Positions 51,201 to 61,341 of a stretch of DNA of 64,000 nucleotides are shown here, piece after piece. The notes under the pieces were generated by a model. That model had not been told where the DNA came from, ran no database searches, and was given only the letters and a program-made list of their open reading frames with translations. How positions within the stretch are numbered: the stretch's first letter is position 1; the number at the start of each line of letters is the position of its first letter. The DNA is from Amoebophrya sp. A120. Its lineage: Eukaryota > Protista > Dinoflagellata. A program made the position numbers and the translations under genes. The stretch is from the NCBI GenBank assembly GCA_905178155.1, contig CAJINV010000015.1, positions 1,477,400 through 1,541,399 of the forward strand, written 5' to 3'.

Positions 51201-52174
51201 CGCAGGCGATTTGTAATGCTACTGCACCAACAGGGCAGACGTCTGCCATGCTGGGCGCCCACCTCTAGCCAGCTCCTTCCAGGCTTTTTATCTGCCTGCA
51301 CTCCTATATTGCAAGACAAATCTGATTTGTGTACTCCAATCCCGCAACACAGGTTGCCACTTTGATATGGGGAGGGGGGATTTTTCCTTACGATACGACC
51401 AAGGGTGTCTGAACTTCCTCAAGTGGGTATCGCAAGGCAAAATCCCCCCTCCCCATATTGAAGAGGTAGGTTTTCGAAAATTTGTGTTGCTGATTTGAGG
51501 TCACAAATCACGTTTGTGTTGCATAGAGGAGAAGTGCAGAACCTTCCGCCCCATTATAGAACGCGGTTTGTCATGCTGTTGAGCCAACATCACGGACGCT
51601 TTTCATGCTAAGCGCCTAAGTCAAAGCCTCTCTACTCAGGCTTGGCATGGGTCTGCAGTCCTCTCCAGCAAGACAAATGCGACTTGTGTACTCAAATACT
51701 GCATCACAAATTTCGTTTTCGATATGGGGAGGGGGGATTTTTCTTTTTGATAGTGGGTATCCTGTGTGAAAACGTCCCCACAACCACATCATAGTCAAGA
51801 CGCAGAATCTACTTCTGCTACACAAATCTACAAGTCTATCTTTATTTGACTGCCGCGCATGAGAACCCCGGGATCGTAGTGTGGTCGTGTTTATATAGTT
51901 AGTACAATTATCGCATCACAATCACAAATCGACTACCTCATCCTGATTCGAGCATGACAAATTGCAAAACAGCTGCTTCAGAAACTGCTTCTGGTGGGGC
52001 TTCGCATGAGAAACATTTTTAAGCATGCAGGTTTGCGTGACAAGACCTCTGGGCTGCTGGGGACGTTTCTGCTCAGCATAGTGGGACTGGAACGCCGGGG
52101 ACCCGAAAGCGAAGTTCGCAAACATCCCGTGTCCGCAAGCATGGGTACAGAAAACTGGCTGTCCTGATCGATAG
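42237..52174 (+). CDS. Secreted GH45 endoglucanase (cellulase) with long low-complexity N-terminal region; possibly disrupted by the 42364-43418 insert
   Basis: Signal-like MKIFSVFLLVLQLQAASSA. Spliced domain GTLTAYWDCATMG...KCYLI...AMLTNSCPG...HIDVAAPG...CKELKNGYDQGCLNFLKWDWNAGDPKAKFANIPCPQAWVQKTGCPDR* has both GH45 catalytic Asp motifs. Canonical introns 44216-44529 and 45882-50668 plus 7 introners. Confidence 0.85.
42364..43418 (+). other. Foreign gene-fragment insert flanked by a 50-bp perfect duplication
   Basis: 42314-42363 is identical to 43419-43468; insert has exon-like sequence and an introner. Confidence 0.8.
43116..43358. mobile_element. Introner, family A, containing a (GT)n tract
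   Basis: DR GGCGA/TGCGA. Confidence 0.85.
44740..45006. mobile_element. Introner intron, family A variant (TIR ..TTGCAAA.ATCCCTGGATGTCTGGAAGA)
   Basis: DR CATGG/CATGG. Confidence 0.9.
45206..45436. mobile_element. Introner intron, family E
   Basis: DR TCATC/TCATC. Confidence 0.9.
45490..45754. mobile_element. Introner intron, family C-like
   Basis: DR GCCAG/GCCAG; joins AACQ|RPKTHID. Confidence 0.85.
45922..48970 (+). mobile_element. Non-autonomous Helitron-like element, copy 1, with internal palindromic minisatellite
   Basis: 3' hairpin GCGGGCGTCC-G-GGACGCCCGC (48937-48957), then CTAG|T; 5' end shared with copy 2; absent from the paralogous intron near 38630. Confidence 0.75.
48971..50461 (+). 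mobile_element. Non-autonomous Helitron-like element, copy 2
   Basis: Same 5' end (TAATAATAG.GAAA.G.GTTTTGCCTCCCCCTTTGCTATAATC) and identical 3' hairpin plus CTAG|T. Confidence 0.75.
50773..51032. mobile_element. Introner intron, family A
   Basis: DR TTTCA/TTTCA. Confidence 0.9.
51074..51395. mobile_element. Introner intron, family F (TIR TATC.AAGGAAAAAT.CCCCCTCCCCATATC)
   Basis: DR CGACC/CGACC. Confidence 0.9.
51428..51752. mobile_element. Introner, family F (first of a tandem pair)
   Basis: DR GTGGG/GTGGG. Confidence 0.9.
51758..52080. mobile_element. Introner, family G (TIR TAT.CTG.G..AAACGTCCCCA; second of a tandem pair)
   Basis: DR GTGGG/GTGGG. Confidence 0.9.
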
Positions 52175-52922
52175 ATAGAAGTGGAACTCATTCCAGAAGT
52201 AGATGAAAGAGCTGCGCGAGCACTATGTTCACTATACGATTCGTTTTCGTACTTTTGCTCCTATTCCTTCTCATTTATTCCGAAGGCGAACAGCACGAAG
52301 TGTCTTTTCGTTTTTATCATCTTCGGATTCACAGCCCAGCAAAAACTTACAAACATCCGAAGGAAATACCTTCACAAAGAAGCAGCTTAGAGGCTACGTC
52401 GACGAAAGTAGTGGCATCAAAGGTTGGCCGCGTACAGACCATCACGCGCGAGCAGTTCTTTCGACGTCCTGTGCAAGGTTTTCGTATTGATGAATCCTTG
52501 GCGTCCTCCTCGTCCGTCGTTCATGTCGTCCTCTGTCGTTCCTCACTCATCTTCAAAGCGACCAGTTCATTCTTGTCGTTTTTATTTCTGTGCAACTCAA
52601 ATTCTAGTCGTCCATCGTGTGTTTTCACCTAATTTCGACCTTCAACTTTGCACAAAACCTTCAACTAACCCCACGTTCATTGTTTACCGCAGGAGCTGAT
52701 CAGCGAAGAAAACTCGTCCCGGGTTTGCATCAAATTTCCTTCAATAGATTTTTCTGGTGCCATAATTCCTATTTGCTTTTGCAACCAAACAAGTTTCCTT
52801 TCGCGCTGGAAGATTTTTTGTTTCGTTAACGTTATCCGTTGTGGTGGAGGAGCCAGCCCTCCGACACTTGTGAAAGTAGAAAAAAATTACCGTACGGTAA
52901 AATTCCAGCAACTTCCTCCACA

Positions 52923-55900
52923 ATGTTTCCGTCGTCAATGAAGATCACGATCAGTTTTCTTTCCCTCGTCCTCCAAACGACCTCCAGTCGTGCGGTCGTA
53001 CTTATCCCCTCGGTGGACGTGGTGGAAACCTCGAAAGGCCGCTTTTTGTCATCTTCAAAACTGCAGCTGCGCCACCGGAAGAGCAACAAAGTCGTGTCCT
53101 CCGACCTCAAGGGCAGGAGAGAGAAGATGAAGACGAGCAATGAAGCAGGAGGGCGTGGTGGACGTGGACCTCCAAGTACTAGTAGTGCGACAACGGGAAA
53201 AATGCCAATGAACTCCGACTCTATTTTGCCTTCATCTACAACTCCGGGGAATTATAACGACTTGCAGGGTCGCGGCGGAAAACAGGATGAAAGCAGTGCT
53301 TCAATGTTGCAGCAGCAAAAACCAGCCTCGCTTTTGCAAAGGAAAATCAAGAAGGCAGCTCACGTGCAGCCGAAGATGTTGTCCAGGGGGTATGATTTGT
53401 CGGAAACAGCATCCTCGAAAACGTCGGACGAAAATAAAAACTGGAAGGTTCCTTCTAAAGAACCAGAAATGCAACAAGAAGACTTGATGCACAAGAAAGT
53501 GCGCCGGAAGACGAGGCGCCTGACCGCTACCGGGCGGAAAAAGGAAGAGGAAAATGAGAATGGAAGTGCAGCATTAGCACAATTGCAGCTGCAAAAAGAG
53601 CAAGAGCAGGCAAAGCGTGTTGAGCAGCCGGAGTTGGGGGTTGGCGCGCGAGCAGCCACAGCTGCCTTTCCGGTTCCTTCCATTGGGTCGTCACCCACAG
53701 AGGTTACCTTTAGTACCGTCGGCCAACAACTACAGGTAGGATCTGGGCAAAACACGGCGGCCCAGATGATGAACTACGGGGCGCAAAACCAAATCCAGAA
53801 CCAGCAACAAGCCTGGCAAAATTATAACGGGCAAATCAACCAAATCAACCAAGGCGTTGTGCCGCTGCTACAATCTTCTCGAGCTGGGCGCAGTGAAGAT
53901 GGGAGCGCTTGTTGCGGCGGCAACACGGGTGCCAACCGGGTACCGCCAGTTCCCGTTGGAGGAATTACTACCCCCGTGGTGCTCGGAACTTCGGCGGAAG
54001 GCACGATGGTGCTCGGCGGTGCCCCATCTGTGGTCCCGACTTCCACCGGCTCTAGCACGACGACGACGACGACGATGGAGCCAAAGCTGCAGGCCCGAAG
54101 GAACGGGTTGCGAGTGTGCGTGCCGCCCGAGGGCCAAGACTCCGACGACGACTGGCGACGGTGTAACGCCAAGCAGGGGGACTTAGCCGCGGACTGCGGC
54201 ACAGACTGCATGGCCGTAGACGGGCCGCCTTTCGGGTTTCTGAACGCGCTCGGGACAAACGGGTGCGCGTTCAACACCTGTGGCTTCGACGGAAAGTCCG
54301 TGGCGCTCCGCGGCATGAGCTGGTTCTGGTCTAACTGGAGCAAATACGCATGGCGGGAAGACGTGGTGGAGCAGCTGCGCAACAATTGGTGCGCCACCAT
54401 CGCCCGGTTTGCCATGGGGGCGGGGGACAAGTGGGAGGGAGACAGCCCCAACCTGATGAAGATGATGACCAAGAAGGCCCTGCGGCTGAGTATGTACGCC
54501 CTGCTTGATTGGCACATCGAGGGGGCGGCGGGGGACGCGAACCAAGCCGAGCAATTTTGGGACGAGATGGGGCAACTGTTCGGGAAGTACCCGAACACGC
54601 TGTTTGAGCCCTGGAACGAGCCGCGGAACGAGAACCCCTGGGGCGAGCTATCCTGAGCGAAAATGTCCCCACCCCATAGTCAAGATGGGAAGTCTGCTGG
54701 ACAAATCAACCACACTTGGCTGTTGCGCATGACGCGTTTGGTCTCGTAGTGTAATGCTGTCGAGCTAGTTGTACTTCAGCAGCATCACAGATCTAGCGCA
54801 CCGTGCTGATTGTAGCATCACAAATCCCAAAAGACGACTAGAAATTGCTTCTCATGTTGGGGATCCGCATGAAAAACATTTCAAGCATGCAGATTTGCAT
54901 GACAACTAGGGCGGAGACGTTTTTTACAAGGATATGAGCAGTGTTTTCCCTGGCACGACCGCATGATCAAGAAGATCCGGCAGTACTCAGACAACATCAT
55001 CGTGCTGGGTAACCCCGTATCCACTGCAACTACTACGTCATCTGGGTCCTCTGGAAGACTGCATGGATTTGTCATGCCTGTCTGACATGATTCTGTTGAT
55101 CTCTGTGATGCATTATCAGGAAAATAATATCCTCGTCTGGCCTGTCATCGTCATGTAAAGCCATGCGGAATACCTAACGCACTGTCTGTCTGCCATGCGG
55201 AATACCTAACACATTTTAGCAGCGGAGAAACTTGTCATGCTTGGCTTCGTGTTCTTGCAGAAACCGCCCATTCCTCGCCTTGTAGCATCACAAGCTTCCA
55301 GTTTCGCATCCAGACATATTTTTGCCTGTGATACGCGGAGTGGTCCCACAAACCCCACGAAGCGGTTCCCGATGTGACGGCGCAAGCGTGGAAGGACGTG
55401 CCAAACTATCAAATGCAAAAATGTCTGGGTCTGGAAGAATGCAACTTGTCATGCTAAATCTGAAGCATGCAAAAAGCTGTGTTGCATGATTGCCAAAAGT
55501 CGTCCAGATCTGACCAAGTCGGGAGGGAGTTTCTCATGCAGGATAGGCATGAGAGAGATCGCACAGAATCTGTCGTGCTAGGTTCTGCATTCCAGACCTC
55601 ATGGGTCATGGAAAAGCTGCATGACAAGTCGCGCATTCTTCCAGACCCAGACATTTTTGCAATCCATACAAACCTCCAGATCACCATTCACCAGTACGCC
55701 GCCAGCTCCCAGCCGGTGGGTCTATCAACTGCAAAAATGTCTGGGTCTGGAAACTTGTAATGCTGCGTTGGGAGTAGTGAATGCTCTGTAATGCACAGGC
55801 AAGCATGAGAAATATCTGCGCTTTTATGTGCTGCGTTTTTCGCATGACAAACTGCGTTTTTGCATGACAGGCAAAAGGGTCTCTTCTTGGACACGCATCA

Positions 55901-58900
55901 CAAACTTTTTGGTCATGCCAGACAAGCATGACAAATCTCGCAATCTTCCAGACCCAGACACTTTTGCATTCGATAGGGTCATGGCTACGACAGCACCTTG
56001 CAATCGCTGAAGGATGCCGGGCGGGGCGGGCTCTTCATGACGGAGTGCGGCGTGTGCGAAAACAACGGCGATGGGCGGCTCGACAAGAATTCGTTCTCCG
56101 GCTGGGCGGACTGGGCGGGCAGCGAGGGCATCGCGGTCTGCATGTTATGCATTGCAAATATGTCTGGGTCTGGAAGGTTGGGACTTGTGTTGCTAACTTT
56201 GGATTCTAAAAAAATCTGTATTGCGTGACCAGCGAGAGGACCCCAGTTTGTGCTACGCGGGGAGGGCATTTGTCATGCGGGATAGGCATCAGGAAAGCCT
56301 CTAAAAATATGCGATGCTAGATCATGCATTACAGACATCCTGAGTCATGCAAAACATGCATTACATAACGTCTTCGTTGGAGGATGTGGCAGTGGACTCC
56401 TTTGACGCAGAATGCTTTGGCCTGATCGAGCAGTTAAAAGAAATACATGAGCATTTAGAAAAAAGACCACTACTACGCAAAACACTACGCAGCTTTTGGT
56501 TTTTTCTAGACAGTAACAGCATAGTGCAGGCCTTGGAGTGCTACGATGACTCCTCCAACCCCATGATCCACCAAATAATGAAAATCATGGAAATGATAAA
56601 GGAACTCTGTGTGGGAATCAACCCAAACGGGGAGGAGGAGGTCTGGTTCCACTTCAGGTGGACGCCAGGCCATGCGAAAATGGCTCTTAACGACTGCGCC
56701 GATTTTTTGACCAACGCTTTTCATAGGGCGTGGGTTGATGGCCACCCACCATCGGGTGCGCAAACGCAGCGCAAATGGATGACAGCGCCAATTTTGAGGC
56801 GCCTCCTGGTTAAGCGGGTTCTTGATGACAAATTCAAAAAATGCAACACCCTCCCAGAGTACATGAAAAAAAGGGCGGAAGAGTTGGGAAGGTTCCGCCC
56901 ACCGGTGGGAACCTTCCCGAACAAAGAAGCGGAAATGCTGTATTTTTGGATATGGCTCGGCTACGCTCCGTCGCCACACCTCGGTGGTGGTGATGTAGTG
57001 TATGAAAATGGCTCCTGCCTGCAAAAGTGTAAGTTTTGTGACCGCAAGTGCCCCTGTGCTGTTGATCATGCACTTTTCGAGTGCGAAAAGCTTGAGGTGC
57101 CGCGCCTCAAGCACTTTGGCTTCGCCAGCAGGCCTCCGTCCCTCGCGCAGGGCATGCTCAAATCACCTCAAAAAATCCTCCGCTTCGTAATCGATGAAGA
57201 CACAAAGCTGACGCATGACTTCTACAGGAACAAGGTGGGGGAGGTCATAGACAACATTTCCACAAGCATTGATAAGAAGCAAAAAAACCACATGAGGCAC
57301 AGCAACATTTTCCAAGAGCAAAAAACAGCTGCAAGCATGAAAGTAATGACGAAGATTCTTGATGAAAAATACCTGCGCTAACCATGACAAACATGCAAAG
57401 AAATATATAAAAAACAAAAACAGGAAAAAACTTTTTGACTATAACATGACAAATGAATCAAGAGAGGACAGCCACAGCAGCATCAACATCTTCAAGATAA
57501 ACACCTCCGCCCGAGCTAGCGCCGGATCAGGTACATGTTTTGATTAGTCAATGCATCGTTTATCACAGTACACACCACTGCAGACGACATGGAAAACCTG
57601 TATAGAGAGCTCTTGTTTTTGCTTTTGACACATATGGAAATAAAATCAAAAATTACTAAAAATATACAAATCGCAGGTCCCGGCCAGTTGGGGAGAATTC
57701 TGTGAACATCAATCGAAGGAAGCACAGCAGACATTTATACAAAAAGGCAAAAAGGCGTCATATACACCCTAGCTTGTAAATCCTCTCGGTGCTATTAGAG
57801 ACGCTGAAGGCGGGTCGGTTAAGTGACATGCGCTCACTAGATTAACATTGTACCTCGGCGCTCCCTAGTAATATAGAATATGCGCACTTTTCCGATCTGC
57901 TTATAGCCCCCCTCTGAAGCAACGTGATCCCTTATCTAGTAGCAAACAGCGACGCCCTCAACGTAAAGATCCGGAAATTGTCACTGCGTGCTCCTTCTCA
58001 ATCAAAAAATCAAAAAAAACGAACAGGGAACAGGAATGGGAAGTGTTGTAGTGGTATTGTTGTTCGCGTCCAGTCTCGAAAGAAAGAGTAAGATTTTATA
58101 GGTTAGTATGCGAGTAGTTGACTCAAAACAGTGAAAACAGAGCATGAGTAGATGTTGTCGAGGACATCTATTGCCTACTGTATATAGCATTACTCCTGAG
58201 TCGATTTTGTTGCTTACTGATAGTTATTTGCTGATGTAGTACCTCCTACGCAACCACTTCTAGAATTCTACCTACCTGTCTCCACAGTGTGTATCTCAGA
58301 ATATGTGTGCGTCCGTGTATTTTTGTGTATCTCAAAATGCCTACATATCTTATGAGTATCTCAAAATGCCTATACATTTTTATGTATCTCAAAACGAAAA
58401 CGAACACTAGAAAGTTTGGCAAAACAAGATAGTAAAAAATGATGGTCCTCACTGACGCCTCGTGGCGAAGTTCTATATTTCTCTCAATGCCTCTGCAGCG
58501 TGTAGGGCATGAATTTGCTATAAGAACAAAGGTAAGACATATTGATAGATGGTGATCATATGAAAAGTGCATACAAAATCACTCTAGAAGCCAAATTAGA
58601 CATCCACATGATAGGATGCTGCGGATGCAAGGATAACTTTAAAAGTAAAAAGTGACAATGGATGTGCTCGCGCAGTCACGTCAATATGTAATGCGAAAAA
58701 GTATAAAAAAAAAAAAAAGGATGAGCTGAAATATGTCATGCGAAACAGCATCAATTGCCAAAAAGGAAAGCGAAAAAATGAATGCATGCACAAAGGTGAT
58801 AAATGTCAAAAAATGGCTTCTAGAGTGATAAGTATATCAATATCCCCATGATGAGTACGCCTAAGGCCAGGAAAAGCTGTGTGTAATCTATTGATGTGCT

Positions 58901-60341
58901 GCATGATGCTTGTTTGTCCCTTATGGAAATGCCCTATTACTTGGGGGCCACAATAGCATGCGCTTGTAAATAACTAGCAAAGCGGGCAAAGACACCTCCA
59001 AGTAATAGGCAAGGCGATATTATATAGATTGCAACCAGCCCAGTACAAGAAGGTCTTCGGCGCCATTTGTCCAGCAGCATACAGCCCAAGAGACGACAGG
59101 GCGAGAGCCCTGCAAGACCGGGCGTCGATAGTAAGAACAAAAACAAAAATCAAAATGCACGCATACACGCGCACTGCTTAACTGTGTGAAAGGTGTCGGC
59201 CCTGATCGACCTGCTGCGGCAGGCAGGTGAATTCGTAGAACTGATTCACATGTTAAGTAACGCACACCGGCCTCCTAGATTAGTGATGAATTTATATGCG
59301 AAAAGCAGCCCTCCCTCTATGTGATCTGACCTCCCTCTACCTCCCCTGGTGGACGTCTCCCGCGGCTTACGGCTCTGGACGTTAACTAGGATCGAGTGCG
59401 TTGTGCGGGTTTAGGGTTTTGAATATTTAATTTTGTATCTCCCACTGCTGCATGCACCCTGCTGCAGAACTTGTGATGCAAAACAACCTCCGGGTTGTTC
59501 CCGCGCTTCAGGAGTAGTTCTGTTGCGTGCGGGCAGCAGAAGATGAGTAATGCTGTTGGTTTAGGGGGTTGAAAATGTTTGTGCATGTGTAATGCAAAAG
59601 ATGAAAAAGATTCGCGCGTGGGAGCGCATTTTTAAGCACAACGGGCGGGTGCCGTTCCCGCCGTCACACAATCACATACAATACAATACAGCAGAGTGGG
59701 GCCCAATTAAAAAAAAATAAAAAATATGCATGACAAACTTGGTAACCTTTCAGACCCAGACATTTTTGCATTTGATACATGTGGTCGATTGGCAACAAGC
59801 CCGAGTCGTGCTCCGCCATGCAGCCGGGGCGGACAAACATCAACGGGGATGACTTGATATGAACTGCAAAAGCATCGTACTCGTATAAATGCACTACAAA
59901 TTATTTTCTCAGCATGAGAGATAAAATTTAAATTTGTAATGCGGATTTACCTTAAGATAAAGTAATGCATGACTGCAATACGAATACGATACTTTTGCAC
60001 AGGATACTTGACGGACGCGGGCCGGTTCTACATGAAAGACATCATCAAGGACCGCAACTTGCGCGATTTATCGCAAGAAAAAACTGTTTCACTGTGAACT
60101 TGTGATGCATAGAATGGAACACAGAACTATTTGTCTTGCTACATCTGCAAGACCTTGACTCTTTAAGGGTGTTTTCATTCCGCCCCTTGGGAAGCGCGCA
60201 TGGCAAATTTTCTGTGCCATGTGTATAACAGAGAAACTTGTGATGCAGATCTTGTATAAAGCATCACAGTAAAACAGTTTTTTCGTGGGATACGATTACG
60301 CTGCGGACTACAATCTGCACTGCCCGGACGACCCGAGCTGA
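52923..60341 (+). CDS. Secreted GH5 (subfamily 2-like) endoglucanase/cellulase
   Basis: Signal-like N-terminus; LRGMSWFWSNW, LLDWH, FEPWNEP (acid/base Glu), NIIVLGNPEWS, ITIHQYAA, LFMTECG (nucleophile Glu), MWSIGNKPESCSA, LTDAGRF. Seven introners, all removable in frame; TGA 60339-60341. Confidence 0.92.
54649..54934. mobile_element. Introner intron, family G
   Basis: DR CGAGC/TGAGC. Confidence 0.85.
55018..55333. mobile_element. Introner intron, diverged family A
   Basis: DR CCCCG/CGCGG; joins GNP|EWS. Confidence 0.8.
55407..55668. mobile_element. Introner intron, family A
   Basis: DR CAAAC/CAAAC. Confidence 0.9.
55723..55975. mobile_element. Introner intron, family A
   Basis: DR GGGTC/GGGTC. 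Confidence 0.9.
56146..59777. mobile_element. Family A introner expanded to 3.6 kb by a nested retroelement
   Basis: Left TIR at 56146, right TIR ending 59777, DR CATGT/CATGT; joins VCM|WSIGNK. Confidence 0.88.
56362..59725 (+). mobile_element. 5'-truncated non-LTR retrotransposon (RNase H plus Cys/His knuckle ORF to 57381, long 3' region, A-rich tail)
   Basis: FLDSNSIVQAL...WTPGH...NDCADFL is an RNase H pattern; CKFC...DHALFEC...R; A-rich tail 59709-59724; ATGCAT on both sides. Confidence 0.75.
59858..60006. mobile_element. Introner intron, family B
   Basis: DR CTTGA/CTTGA. Confidence 0.9.
60069..60292. mobile_element. Introner intron, family D (opposite orientation to 30577-30785)
   Basis: DR CGATT/CGATT. 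Confidence 0.9.
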
Positions 60342-61341
60342 AGCTGCTCAAAGGGTTTGGTACTTATTCTATTCTTTCAGTTCTGGTTCTTTTGACGCAT
60401 TCGCTTCAACATTCCACTTCACTTACAATTACAACAGCAGCATTTCGATTTCTTTTTCTATACTTTTATTTTCCGCGTAAAAACTATGAGTTAGTTGTAG
60501 TTCTTCAACCACCTTTTTTTTTTTACCTGAATCACAGTCCCCACTTCCAACGGCGACAGTCGAGCACGCTTGCGTGCACAATTTTACCAAAAAGGACGGC
60601 CGGTATTGTATACGTCTCTTATTCTTTTTCTTTTATTCATATTTTCCCCAGAAGCAAGCATTTTGCAGCCCATATTTATTTTGCAGCACGTTTTCAAGCA
60701 ACCATGTGCATGTCCCCCTCGATTTCCCCCCTCTAGGAAGAAATCATGCAGCACTGCCCCCGTTTTCAGGACCGATGCTTGTGAAACAGAATTATGGTAC
60801 CCGTAAAAAGAAAAGTAAAAGCCAGGACCTATCGCTTGTTGCAATCATCGAGGATTGTTCTTATTTGTTCGCTCTTTCGCGGTCTCGTGCACAACCCAGC
60901 TCGGAGGTCCTGTCGTGTGGTCGACGTCGTATTATACTGAGAGTAGTTCTTCTTGGCGATATTGTAATTCTCCCATCGTAGTGAAGATAGCCGGTCGCAG
61001 ACGCAGTCGTGAGTGCTGGTGTCTGTCGTGCTGCACGCTGCTGCAAAAGCGAAACTTCGTTCGGAGGACTGGTACGATCGGCAGTGTGAAAACCTTCTCC
61101 ACGAGGGAAATTCCACCAAGGAGTCGCGGGAGAAGCGTCGAGCTCTTTCCGACAGGAAGCGCACTGGTGTAAAGTAGTAAAGATTGCCACAACGTGACTT
61201 GTTCCATTTGTATACAAGATTTTTGTTCTAAGTACTTCCTCCCGTAGGAGTACGTACAACCTTTGGCGGATCAGCAATTTGTTCTCCTCTTCGGCCGGTA
61301 AGAATATTATAAGCGAGCACAAAGAAGAACCACAACAAATC

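Noticed and set aside
2428-56269. Many ORFs containing MSGSG, PDPDIF or FQTQTF peptides as a repeat protein family
   Set aside because: They are translations of family A TIRs
56347-57381. ORF as the autonomous transposase of the introners, since it lies between introner TIRs
   Set aside because: Motifs fit non-LTR RNase H plus knuckle, it is 5'-truncated and it ends in an A-rich tail; a secondary insertion is more likely
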